The position numbers were made by a program, and so were the translations under genes. Shown piece after piece: positions 12,989 through 26,078 of a stretch of 64,000 bases of DNA; position 1 is the stretch's first letter, and the number at the start of each line of letters is the position of its first letter. The stretch is from Tubulanus polymorphus. Taxonomy: Eukaryota; Animalia; Nemertea. The notes under the pieces are model-generated. The model had not been told where the DNA came from, made no database searches, and worked only from the letters and a program-made list of their open reading frames with translations. The DNA lies in NCBI RefSeq assembly GCF_964204645.1, contig NC_134035.1, positions 5,828,001 to 5,892,000 of the forward strand, read 5' to 3'.

Positions 12989-15749
12989 CTAGTTGTGTTC
13001 AGTTTTCAGACATAGAATTCGTCGACGGTATAAACGATACACTTTCGGCCGCAAGACGAAACAGAAAAATATGAGCGAACCCTGCGAACCGTTGACGACA
13101 GTGTAAATAATCTTCAGCGCGTAAATTGAGCCGTAGCTCGCGAGGAAACCAAGATACCAACTGAGGCCCATAATCAAGGAAAGTTTAGCCACTAATAAGT
13201 AACTTTTGTCAGCCCGTACAGGTGTCGCCACTATAACCGTGCTTGTTTTCGTCTTTCGTATGGCATTGAGCGTGATCGCAAAGAATATCAGGTTCACGAA
13301 ACAAATCGTGGCGATCGGGACCAGGTACGTGGCGATCAGCTGCGTTACGTCGGAGATCCAACACGTGTGTATATCGAAATATTTGAAACCCGATTCCGGG
13401 AACCAGACGGAGACGGCACCGCAAGGCCCTACGATCAGTAACGGAAGACACCAGGCGTAGACGCAATAGCGACGATAGCTGACCAGTCGCGCGGAATTAG
13501 GAATGATCGTCGAGCTGGTGAACGTGAGAAAACTATCGTAACTGATGACATTCGTCCACAGAAATACGACGACCCATAAATAGTGAGCGAACATGCCGAC
13601 GACTGTGCAGAGATACGGGTCAGCTAGAATAACCGGGTGAAAAACTGCCGTGTTGAAAATCAGAATAGCCAGAAACATCGAACCTGCTAAATGCATCAGC
13701 GTAAGTCCGGGCACCGTCCGTAGAGACTGAAATAGGGAAAACGTTATCAGAAGCGCTAAAAGGCCTAGCATCGAAAAAGAACTGGTGATTACGGTAACAA
13801 TCTCCTCGACGTCTGTTTTTATAACGTCGGTGAAAAAATCGTCGAAACAAACGACTACCCAATTACCGTTGATTCGAAACTGACTTTTCGTCAGCACGAG
13901 GTCGATGCCCGACTCCGTATTGAGAGAAAATGACGACCGATTCGAATCGATGTCGAGTTGTTCAACGCCGAATACTTTCTCGTCGCGGCATTTCGACCGT
14001 TCGTCGCAAATAACGATATCGTTTTTCGACAGATTTCTGTCGATGACGTAGTTAACATACACCCCGGCGGATGCTCGAATCGGTGTCCACACTCGCGTCG
14101 ACGCCTCGTTATTACCGCCGAGTGCCTTCACGTATTCTACCCCCTGTTGATTTACCAACTCGTAAACAGTCGTCCGTTTCGGGCAATTATTCGGAGGAAA
14201 ATCCGGAGCGTTCCTCACCTGTAATCTCAACGACGAATCGACCAGTTGGCAATTATCGTCGGATGCGTTGAAAAGATCGACGATTTTACGGACGACTTCT
14301 CGTTCGGTTAAATGCGACGTAGTATTCATTCTCGAAGTCGAAAGCGAATACACAGATCCCTGTTTAACGGTGAGGGTAAATCTAGCAGCTGCCGGTAAGG
14401 TAATGATACTCGCTAATAGAACTAACGGAGACCGAAATACTTTACATCTAAAAGAGACGTTTAACTTTATGAAAAGAGGTCGATGAACTTCTGCTTCGGG
14501 GAACTCGGCCGCGTATTTCGATAGGTTCATACATCGTCCGGTTACCGCGTTGTAAACTTCTCCTTCGATTTGGCATTTAGGAAACTTGTTTATGGTCTCC
14601 GACGTTTTCGAGTCGACTAAGCGCGCTTCTGTAATGATCGATCTAGACAGGTCGAACATCACCGATAAAACCGGTCGCCTGTAATTGTTCGACGCCGAAT
14701 AAAAACTGCATTTTACGTCGCTTACGTTGAAGCCGTTACACAAAGCGCAATGGACATTCCGGAACAAAATCGACTTATTATTGATGAGATTCACGGGTTC
14801 GGTGTAGGTGTAGCACAGTTCGTCGTGCAAAGCGTCGTTCTTGCAGCCGAGATTCCACTTTTGGAATTTCGTTCGATAGCAGCGATTGATGTATAACTTA
14901 CGTAGATCGAACTGAATTTCGAAATGTTCTTTGTATAACTTGTCGAGCAACTCTTCGTCGAGTCTGTTGACGGGAATTCCGATAGACGATCTGGGCGGTG
15001 CCGTGAAATCCAATTTTACGACTGTTATTGATTCGTAGCTGACGTTCAAGTGACAGCGTAGACAATAGTAGTTTCGAAAGATGATCCCTTTGTACGTGAC
15101 TGGCGCGAAACCCGTGAGATCCGATAAGGTCGAATTGCCGTTTATTTGTACGGTATCTTCACATTTTCGCTTAAGAATTCTCGAATCGTAGTCGGACGTA
15201 GCAAACGACGACGGGCATTTTGAAACGGAGAAGAAATTTAGCTGCGATGAACCGTTATTGAAATACGGTACCGTAAAATCTATACATTCGGTAAAATTGA
15301 CCAACTGCGCCGGTATATCGGTTATGTTTATATTTTCGCGGGCGTTTTGATTATCAACCCAACAAATATTATAATAGTCCGCACAACATGTACCCATAGC
15401 AATACACGAGTGATGGCAAGAACAGACTGCATTTGACCGTCCGCAATAAGACGCCCGCAAACATTTTTCACGGCATTTCATATTTTCGTTGAGTATCTTC
15501 GCGGATATTTCGCGCACGTTCAAATCAAATACTCCCGCATCTGAAGAAGAAAAAAACGAGTGCAGAGAAGACGTGCCTCTAGTCCGCGAAGAACGACGAC
15601 GACGACAATGATGAATTTTAGCGTAAGAAATTGAAAGTGACCTCGCGGAAAGACTTACCTTTCTCCAGCGTCTGGTTCGCGTGAATAAAAAATGAAAAAC
15701 AGATCACTAACCCGACGACGACAGACGTTGGGCGATGATATCTGCTCAT
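12989..15749 (-). CDS. Class B (secretin/adhesion/Methuselah-like) 7TM receptor with an N-terminal somatomedin-B-like domain and Cys-rich ectodomain, about 880 aa, 2 exons
   Basis: Exon 1 (15749-15659) encodes signal peptide MSRYHRPTSVVVGLVICFSFFIHA. Exon 2 (15540-12989) encodes SMB-like CSCHHSCIAMGTCCADY, two FRNxxCxxC motifs and a 7TM region (LRTVPG, CTVVGMFAHY, CWIS, MGLSW, GSQG). Confidence 0.88.
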
Positions 15750-16189
15750 ATTTGGAAGATCTCCGACGAAAGACAACTCGGTTTTTGTAAAACGCTGACT
15801 CAAACGAATACGGAACGATGTGATACTTACTCCGTAGCGCTATATGCCGGTAAAACTTCTGTCTATTCATCTGATTTACTGTCATTTTATCCATTAAAAA
15901 CGAAACCGCAGAATCGAATTTCTGAAGTTGAGACAGAAGATAAATGAACTATGATATCTTCCCTGGAAGCATCGCAGATTCGGATTACCGTGACTCATCG
16001 CAGTTGTGATAATAATGTTGATGAATATTTCGTTTCTTTAGTTTAGTTTATTTCACATTCTTGAATTTAGTTTTTGAGAAAATGATAATTCAGCCAGTCA
16101 CCAAAACCGAAGAGAAATTTCAGCTTTCTTCTTCGTTCTCTGGCGGCCCAGCGCATATCAGGATTGTCGCAAATCTCAATGTTCAGTGA

Positions 16190-16328
16190 AATTACGATTA
16201 CGATTACGATTACGATTACGATTTTATTTACACTCCAACCATTTCCATGGTATATGGAGGAAAACTATTATACGTATATCCAAATATTTACAAAACAACA
16301 CTTGAAGTGATTAGAATTTAGAGAATGG
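16190..16328 (-). mobile_element. 3'-UTR fragment of a LINE family with a (CGTAAT)n tail
   Basis: (gattac)n tract followed by sequence nearly identical to 57477-57610 and to the reverse complement of 40810-40937. Confidence 0.8.
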
Positions 16329-16789
16329 CGGTGCGCAGTGGAGACCCCTTTGGCGCGTAATCTCAAACTCAAATTAAAGAATTCCAACGCAGGCCCAAAT
16401 TGCAAATAACCATCTTTGATCTCTGTAAAAATTGGAAATAAAGCTTTTAGAGATACTTAGATATTTCAAAATTAATAAATATCGCGATTTCTTTAACACG
16501 CGGTTAAGATATGCGGTCCTTTGTTTCACATTGTCACTGTTCTTAACTGTTGCGTTAAAAAAATCCAAGAATCACCAGCAAGTATCTGCATTTCATTTCC
16601 TTTAAAAAGTGGTGTAAAAATAATAAGTTCATCGAGCAAGGGACTGCAGAGCTATATGACATTCAATCTAAACTTATGTTTTAAAAATGAGCGCAAATTA
16701 TCGCAACAATGGGGACCTCGAGGGACCGCCAAAAAATGGCGCCTAGAAACTGGAAACTTCTTTATTCAAATGGCATTAGTCATTAGACG

Positions 16790-16870
16790 TCATAATCGAC
16801 TTGATTTGGCATTATCAACTTGAGTTGGCATTATCGACTTCATTTAGCATTATCAACGGCATTTGGCATA
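16790..16870. repeat. Short degenerate tandem repeat of about 19 bp (ttggcattatcaacttga-like, about 4 copies)
   Basis: Repeated ttggcattatc(a/g)actt units. Confidence 0.55.
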
Positions 16871-17186
16871 TTCTACGTCAATATCTAGTGTATGCAACTG
16901 ATGATTTATTGGTGCTAGGATAAAATGAATTAAATGCATATAACCTGCGTCGTTCCACGAAACTTACAATGATAATGCCATCTATTCAGCCATCCACCTA
17001 TCTTAGTTATGACAAACACACGCATCCGACTTTTCGTTTAATTGTGATAGTTTATTAGGTATATTCTATACATGGTCGACAAAGCAGTACTATACAAACA
17101 TCTATTCGATTTGTTAAAATTTGATTAACGATATTCAGCAATTCACATGTGGTGATAATCGATCCATTTCTAGACAAAGGTTGAAT

Positions 17187-20100
17187 CTAAGTAATTTGTT
17201 CGAGTTGATTTTCATCGACAGTCGGGTTTATCGTGCTGTTTTTAGGTCTGTCGATATCGCTGATAGTTTGAGGCATCGGTACACCTCTAGTTTCCGGTAA
17301 GGGGGACACTACTAAAGTGGTAACCAGTCCAATACACCCGAGAATCACGCCCGGCAACCAAGATATAAATTGAGCCTGAAACAATTCAATCGAAATATTG
17401 AAATGTTAAACAGGTGACAGGATTGAAAATTTACCGGCTAAAAACCTACCAAATAAGCGGCGAATGGTGCTGTCATCGAACCTACTCGGGCAAACGCGGA
17501 TGCAATACCCAAAGCGCGGTTTCTGTAAAATAGATAATACAGTGATTAAAGGGAAAATAATTCTGTCTTCAAGTTGCTTAAAGGAAATAATCTCACCTGA
17601 AATTAGTCGGGTAAAGTTCACTGGTATAGATGTAAATAATACCAAATGCAGCGGCGCAGCAAAATTTCCCAACAGTATTAAACGTCATAATTAACGGAAC
17701 CAAATTCGTTTCTCCTTGAAATGAAAGATAATATATGAATGATATGGAGTTTTCTGGTGAAAGATTTAGTTACCTGTTTCGACATAGGATGAATCCCAGA
17801 CAGATATTTTACACGTACCGACACGTTCAGGACAGAACGTCACAGCTATTAAAACTAGACCGGTTATAGCATAAAACAGCATCAACGATACTCGTCTTCC
17901 AATACTGAAAAATAGTTCATAGTTCATCTGATTTATTCTGATACGTTATGTAAAGGCCTTTTTCAATAAATGATGGCTTTTAAATGAAACTCACTATAAG
18001 AGTAGTAGATGCATCGCTAGGTAACTTGGTAGTTCAATAGCAGTGCTCAGAAAAAAATTAGCAAATCGATCCCCGGCCATTACTGTCGTACTGAGTGTCA
18101 ACCCGTAATAAGTGAGACTTGTAAAAGACCTGCAAAAAGAAAGAATATTTTTAGTAGAGAAAAACCAAACCCATACGTCATCCATTTAGCCTGAACTATT
18201 CAGAAAATGAATCGTGTAATCGGCCGGAAGGTCAGTACACGTGAAATATATGTCTACGTATATTCGTATCTTGAACGAATGTGCATTGAACCGATACCGA
18301 TACTTACCAGATAATAGCTGATAGTATCGTGTTAAGACGCAGTTTTGGATGTTTGAGAATCTGTGAAATTCCAATCGTTTCATTATCCGAGTTTTCACTT
18401 CCCTTAGAACAGCCGACCATATTTCTAAACACTAGTTTAACTCTGTCTGTAACTGAGCTTTTATCTAAATGAAACATTATGTTGGCCTATAAAAGATCCG
18501 TTTTCACGAATGAATTGAGTTGAAATATCGGGTATTTTTGTCGATTTACTTTGTTTATCTGTGGTTTTTCTAATGGCAGAAATGGTAGCTGGTGAAAGCG
18601 AGCGTTTGTTAAATTGCGCTGCTTTTCTCAAAATTCTAATCGCTTCTTCGGTTCTGGAATTAGCGACGAGCCACGCTACAGATTCATCGTAAAACCTTAT
18701 CGAAAAACACACAAATACATCAGAACTAAAAACATGTATGCATTATGGGTACTTACACCAAAAAGTCTTCATTTACCAGATTCCTATAATTGGTAAACTG
18801 TACAATATACCCCCAATGATTTGCAGGTATTTCCAGTGAGTGAATAAGTACCCGCAGACTCCAGTAACAACCCCTCCTACTGTCCAGGCGAGCATGTGAA
18901 ATGTGTTGGCGAACGAACGCTGATCGGTAGGAAACCATTCACAAACCAAAATATAACCAACTAAGCTTGCGCCCTAAAATGATATATAGAAGACAATCGT
19001 AGAAAAACTTTTCGTACGATAGAATGGGGAAAATATATTCCATTATACTGTTGTTCATCAATAAAATGATCTTACCACTCTAAACATCCCGTTAAAAAAT
19101 CTAATGATAGCGAAAAATGTTGGATCTACGAATATGGCCGGTAGAAACATCGTCACGGCGCATAATACCGAACAGACTATAAGCGGAATTTTCCTTCCGA
19201 AATAATCCGACCATGGTGGCACCACTATACTTCCGGTCAAAACGCCCCCGAAATATATTGATATCATTAAAGGATTCATGTGACTGGATTCACAAACCCA
19301 CGAAAACTGAAAATAAAGAAAATCATGATATTTCTCTGGTGATTGGATCATAGCGATTTCCGCAGAGTGACCTGACTGACCTGTTCGGTAAGAGTGTAAT
19401 AACCGTGTGACTGGTAATAGTAACCGTTTTGACAGACGACTGTGGTATTATCTGTAATTGACTTGAATTGTCGACACTGATCGAGTTTAATTTCTCCATC
19501 CTCACTACTTGTATACGGTATCGACTGGTTCACTGTTAGATTCACCGTAGACAGTTTGCAATGATGTTCCGGAATCCAACCTGAATGATTCATACAAAAT
19601 GTAATCGTTTACTCAATCAGATTCATTTGATTAGATTCCTATTAGGGGTTCCTATTTTCCATGGTGGTTGGTTCGATAGAAAAATACAAGACTCAATCCT
19701 CACCATTTTTTTTTATTCTACACGAAAACACCAGATTAAAACCTATTTTCCGTTTTAATGCCTCCAGAAAACCAATTCTTTATTTCAGCGCGTAAAATCT
19801 TCCTTTTGATGTGGTCCTAGCGGTAGATTTATTATGATTCTAGATAATACTTGTGCACTGGATACTAAAACTCTACGTCCCTTGTTTGTTTTTTAATGTT
19901 GTGTACAAGCTGGGCCCACGGCAGCTGCTGCACCATTTTACTATGGCTGTCGCACGTGTATTTTTCTATTTTGTACCGACTCTATTTATAGAAACAACAG
20001 TCATTCTTTGACTCTGCCGATTCAAATATACATTCGACCACATAATATTGAACATCTTCTTTGTATATTGATATGCAATTTGCAACGCATAAAACTGGAC

Positions 20101-20462
20101 AAGGTTACAGCGCTTACTGTAACTCTTGCTTTGAACTATTCATGGGCTTATAACGGCTACCTCCCTCTGTGTGCACTAGTTTTTGGCGTCCTGATTATGT
20201 CCCATAACATGGATTAATGGAAATCTCGTAAATGAGAGTACGATAAGATTTCGGGCTGGGCGGGAATCTACGGTGGAGGAGACATTTTCCGAATTGAAAA
20301 CATACTCGGTGATGCAGAGTAGTACATGTAATTGTTACCTTGGAATAGCAAACCAAACGAAGGAAAAGGTGAAGCTAAGCTCACTACTTCGATGATGAAA
20401 AGTTGAAATATTTGATATTTGCCGTATCGTCCTAAATCCTTTAAAACAGTCTCTACTTCCAT
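17187..20462 (-). CDS. SLC22/organic cation transporter-like protein, paralog C
   Basis: MEVETVLKDLGRYGKYQ at 20462. Exons are collinear with A, B and D, the splice frames are consistent, and the last exon ends at 17187. Confidence 0.9.
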
Positions 20463-21417
20463 CGCTAGTAGTAATCCCACTCAGCTATATGTCTGCACTT
20501 GAGCACTGCAGGCTTCACGATAAATCTAACTGCGAATGGGAAAATGAAATGGTATAGAGATATTTTGTTTTAACGCGGAGGATTTTGTCACATGGTATTT
20601 GTGGTAATACAATGTAAAATATGTGAATAAATGTATCAGGTGCTAGATCACCTACATGACCCAGTTCCATAATTCTCAATTATCAAGTAACTTTTTAATT
20701 CAGATTGGATAATTGTATGATAATGTTCGGTTTGTTTTCATTATGTTTGGGTTCGCTGTGTGTCGGTGCATTTCTAATTCGAAATACGTTAATTTTTCTT
20801 TGCATCTTCTTGTATATAGCATTTCACGGAGTTTTATTTCTATCAGATAATCCCAATTGATCTCACATTTGCTGATATTTCAAAAGGGATCTATCTAAAA
20901 ACGCTATTTATCGGATGCAATTTTTTCAGTTTTTCAAAACATGTATAAAATTTATCTAAATGTATTTCATATTAACACTTTGTAATACTCTTTGATTATC
21001 ATCAGTTGGTGAGATAGATCAGCTACACTGACAATGCATCAGATTATCCCTATAACGTTTTCAGGAACACATTTGTGTATTTACCCCAATTTTTCACGTA
21101 AACCTAACCATTCACAAATTAAGTAAATCATTTAATTCAAACGATAGAAATATGCATAAAAAAACGTGCAGTTTATGTTAACATATTGTGCAGGACTATG
21201 TATCCTGTATATTTCCATGGATTTAGTTCTGTTCTGGAGCTCGAAAAATTATGTATAATTTGGAGCAAGGGAATGATCTAATGTTTCCCCGTGGCGCGTG
21301 ACGTTTCAAACCCATAATGCTGGGTACGATGCCCTCGTCCGTGTACTGAAGAAAAGTAAAATTACGTCTATATCTGCACGCACGAAGTCATCCGAATATA
21401 TACGATAAAAGAGTTCA

Positions 21418-21564
21418 GGCTGGGCGGGAATCTACGGTGTAGGAGACATTTTCCGAATTGAAAACATACTCAGTGATGAATAGTAGTACATGTAATTGTT
21501 ACCTTGGAATAGCAAACCAAACGAAGGAAAAGGTGAAGCAAAGCTCACTACTTCGATGATGAAA
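21418..21564 (-). pseudogene. Duplicated fragment of paralog C exon 1 (3' half) and the adjacent intron
   Basis: Near-identical to 20254-20401 in the same orientation; lacks the ATG-containing part. Confidence 0.8.
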
Positions 21565-21780
21565 AAAAAAACGTGCAGTTTATGTTAACATACTGTGCAG
21601 CACTACGTTATGATCTACGTTATGATCTCGACCTTAACATGATTGTTCTGAACCTAGTAAATTCACATTAGAAATTCCTATTCATCAGAATTCAGTGTCG
21701 TGGCCTCATCTAAAGAGTGATGACCTTATTCCAATAGTGGAAATTAACCATTCGCCAGTTAGAGGTTGTTCGCGGGAACG

Positions 21781-24700
21781 ATGGAAGTGGAAGCCGCGTT
21801 GAAAGAGTTAGGGGGATATGGCAGATATCAGATATTACAGTTAGTTCTTATTGAAATAGCCGTTTTTGGATCAGCTATATGTTCATTGGGTCCCATATTT
21901 CAAGGTAAAATTTCTTCCACGTAACATTTCAGCGATTATCGCACCATTTATGATTTTTCGATGTCACTTATCACGATATGACAGCAGAGTTCGAGGATGC
22001 ATCGGTTGGTGATCTAATCTTTTTTCTAGATTGACTGGAAATTTAGCTGTGGGTGTGGCTGTATGATGAATCTATTTGTCAGTGTTAGCTCAGCGCACCG
22101 TCATAGTTATACATTACTTTTTGCACGCGCTACAGATGACTGCATTACAAAATGATATTTATGAAGACGGGTTATTCATGCACATAAAAGAGAAAAATAT
22201 TAATTATATAAACGAAGGCCTAAATGAATACCTAGATTGGCCAATTATGAATTTACATGAAAAAAGACTCATACATATCACACATGTACTTTATTGGGTG
22301 ACATATGTTAATGCGTGTTTCTGTAAGGCCTGTATACGATATCATCATAGTTTTTTATGTGTTCAATTTAGTCAAAGTAGAGTTAAAGTCCCATTCAAGA
22401 AGATCAGCTGTATTGAAGACTGTTCACACATTGATTTCATTCTAAACTTCTCGGCGTCTGACTTTTTTTGGTTAACATATTTATTCCATTAAACATTACC
22501 TTCAACAGTAGTACCTAAATGCAAAGGGTTAAACTCATGGCGTAATTTATGGTCATGCGTATATATGTCTACGTAACCGATATCATTGTCCATTCTGCTC
22601 ATTGACATGTATATGTACACTACATAATTGTAATTTTTTCCGTGCTAATTGAAAATTTGGAATATTCAGGATGGATTCCGGAACACCATTGTAAACTGTC
22701 TACGGTGAATCAAACAGTGAACCAGTCGATACCGTATACAACTAGTGAGGATGGAGAAATTAAACTCGATCAGTGTCGACAATTCAAGTCAATTACAGAT
22801 AATACCACAGTCGCCTGTCAAAATGGTTACTATTACCGGTCACATGGTTATTACACTCTTACCGAACAGGTCAGTCAGTCACTCTGCAGAAATCGCTATT
22901 ACAATCACCAGAAAAATGGTAAAATGTTATCTATTTTCTTTCAGTTTTCGTGGGTTTGTGAATTCAGTCACATGAATGCTCTAATGATGACGATATTTTT
23001 CGGGGGCTTTATGGCCGGTAGTATATTGTTGCCACCTTGGTCTGATTATTTCGGAAGGAAGATATCGTTTATAGTCTGTTCAGTATTATGTGGAATGTCT
23101 ATGATTCTACCGGCTATTTTTATCAATCAAACATTTTTTACAATCATGAGATTCTTCAGCGGGATGTTTAATCTGGTAAACTGCTACAATATCAATCATG
23201 CTAATAATAGAATCTAGAATAATAGGATCCCACAAATGTATGGAGTAACTTTCGCAACTCCTATCTGCATTTTAGGGAGCTATACTCATTTGTTATTGTC
23301 TAATATGTGAATGGTTCCCGACCAAGCATCGTTCATTCGCTAACGCGTTCCATATGGTCATCTGGTCCGTGGCGATGATTCTTATTGGAGTTTGTGGCTA
23401 CTATTTCACTCACTGGAAATACCTGCAAATCGTTGGGGGTGTCTTTCCCTGTTTCGCAATTTTAGGAATCTGGTAAATAAAGCTATATATCGCAGACTAT
23501 TCGTAGCATGTACTGATTATATAAACACGTGCATACTCTAATTTGTGTATGTTTTTTTTTGTAATTAGGTTTTACGATGAATCTGTAGCGTGGCTCGTCG
23601 CTAATTCCAGACCCGAAGATGCGATCAAAATTTTGAGAAAAGCAGCGAAATTTAACAAACGTTCGCTTTCACCAGCCGTCATTTCTGCCATAAGAAAAAC
23701 CACAGAATCCACTAAACCAGGTGGACAATAGGGTTTTCAATAAACGGAATATCTAACAAAAATGGATAAATCTTAAGTTTTTACTTATGCATCCTATCAT
23801 TATTTTCAGGTGTCTTTTCGGCGAAGGACAAGATCAAATTGGTGTTTAGAAATATGGTCGGCTGTTCTAAGGGTAGTGAAGACCCGGATAATGAAACGAT
23901 TGGAATTTTACAGATTCTCAAACATCCAAAACTGCGTCTATACACGATACTAGAAGCTATTATCTGGTATGCATTATAGTGTATATAATATTAAGTGTGG
24001 GGGACACTTCCAATTTTGTAATTTCTTTTCACGAAGCTCTTTTTTTCTAGGTGTTTTACAAGTCTCACTTATTACGGGTTGACGCTCAGTACGACAGTAA
24101 TGGCTGGAGGTCGATTTGCTAATTATTTTCTGAGCGCTGCTATTGAATTACCGAGTTACCTTGCGATGCATCTACTACTCTTATAGTGAGTTTCATCTAA
24201 AACCATTTATTGAAAGAGGCCTTTACATGTTATAAGTGATGGAATATGAACGATATTTTTCAGTATTGGAAGACGAGTATCGTTGATGTTACTCTATGCT
24301 ATAACCGGTCTAGTTTTAATAGCTGTGACGTTCTGTCCTGAACGGGTCGGTACGTAAAAAATATTCTGGACTCGGTATATGTAAAAACAGATCTTTCACC
24401 AGAAAACGGTTATATATTCTTCATTTCAAGGAGAAACGAATTTGGTTCCGTTAATTATGACGTTTAATACTGTTGGAAAATTCTGCTGCACAGCAGCCTA
24501 TGGCATCATTTACATCCATACCAGTGAACTTTACCCGACTAACTTCAGGTGAGACTCTTCCCTTTAAACAACTTAATGAGAGAATCGTTTTTCCCCTGAT
24601 CACTGTATTATCTATTTTACAGAAACCGCGCCGTGGGTATTGCTTCAGCGTTTGCCCGGATAGGTTCGATGACAGCACCATTCGCCGCTTATTTGGTAGG

Positions 24701-24958
24701 TTTTTATCTCGTGCACTTTCAATCCTGTCACTTGTTTAACATTTCAACATTACGATCGAATCATTTCAGGCTCAATTTATATCTTGGTTGCCGGGCGTGA
24801 TTCTCGGGTGTATTGGACTGGTTACCGCTTTGATAGTGTTCCCTTTACCGGAAACTAGAGGTGTGCCGATGCCTCAAACTATCAGTGATATCGATCGACC
24901 AAAAAACAGCGCGATAAACCCGACTGTCGATGAAAATCAACTCGAACCAATCACCTGA
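21781..24958 (+). CDS. SLC22/organic cation transporter-like protein, paralog D
   Basis: MEVEAALKELGGYGRYQ at 21781, the same 11-exon structure, ending ...ENQLEPIT* at 24958. Confidence 0.9.
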
Positions 24959-25149
24959 TTTCTACTTCGTCTAGAATTAAATTCATCATAACCACAAGTG
25001 AACGGTTGAGAATGGCGTAAATCAAATTTGATGAAAATATTAGATATTGATATGAATGAGTTTTTCTTGATTGAGTTCGGAGTTTTCTTTTTCTAATCAG
25101 ATCTTCCCCCACGTATAGAACGTGCATAATATACAGTATAGCCTACTGG

Positions 25150-25743
25150 TGGGCATCGATGACCGCCACTGGTGAATTCAGAATTCGAGTGGAACTGTCC
25201 TCGTGTGCAACGATCAGCATGACTTTTTTTTTGTAAAAACTAACAGCTTTACGGGAGATAAAGTGCTAGGGTTTTCGATCCAGAGGCGGTTTTGGAGCGC
25301 GTCCAGAATGGACTGACAGAGCTCCAAGATGTGGAAGGTTTTTGTATTGTATCGCATTTCCCGAACGTTGACCACGAGTTGGTACATCGATGTCGTGTCC
25401 ACGGTTTGTGGAACCCTAACAGTGGACGCAAGTATCGTATTCTAGCGATGAGAATGAGACCCAGCAATGAAATGGCCAATTCGTTCCGGCAACATGTCGC
25501 CTTTATCGTTACCCTTCATTGTGGGAACATATTGCATGGGACAAAACGGACCACGAAAGCGACTTCATCAAACAGGCCCGCAAGAAAAGCCAAAAATACC
25601 CCCACTTAAACACTCGAATACCCAAACTAAAAGATGTAAGTTAAACTGTTATGAAAACAGCAAGTTAAGATAGAATTTTACATTTCGACATAACGACTGA
25701 ATTATTGTTTCAGGCCGTCGATATTGACTGTAGACGAAAATGA
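25150..25743 (+). pseudogene. Possible degenerate coding relic of an unknown family
   Basis: GC-richer, protein-like segments in shifting frames (...VHRCRVHGLWNP...; ...RLYRYPSLWEHIAWDK...PKLKD), then a GT-AG intron (25636-25713) and AVDIDCRRK*. Internal stops and frameshifts are present. Confidence 0.3.
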
Positions 25744-26078
25744 ACTGCAACAACCTCAGATTAACGACAATAAATTCATAATTAAGATAATCAAATTATT
25801 ACGGTGCATGTGCATTTGACCGAATTTAGCATTTCTATATATTCATATGATAATTTCAGTATTCTGATTTCAAACATTTTGTAATCATCCGCGTTAAAAT
25901 GTTGCATCAAATCGTGGACGAAATTTTTTAGTTTTTCATTTAATTGATGGATTATAGACACCGCAGTAGCGTAGTTTTCAGATCATCGAAATATTCAAAT
26001 TTTATCATCTAGTTTTTATAACACGAATTTGTAGTTGAACGAATGAAGCATGTTTTATCTTTGATCTGAGATACGAAA

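Noticed and set aside
18461-18560. Apparent premature stop or pseudogenisation of paralog C after RKTTDKQ
   Set aside because: A donor (caaa|gtaaat) and acceptor (tttag|ataaaagc) restore the frame, matching paralog B.
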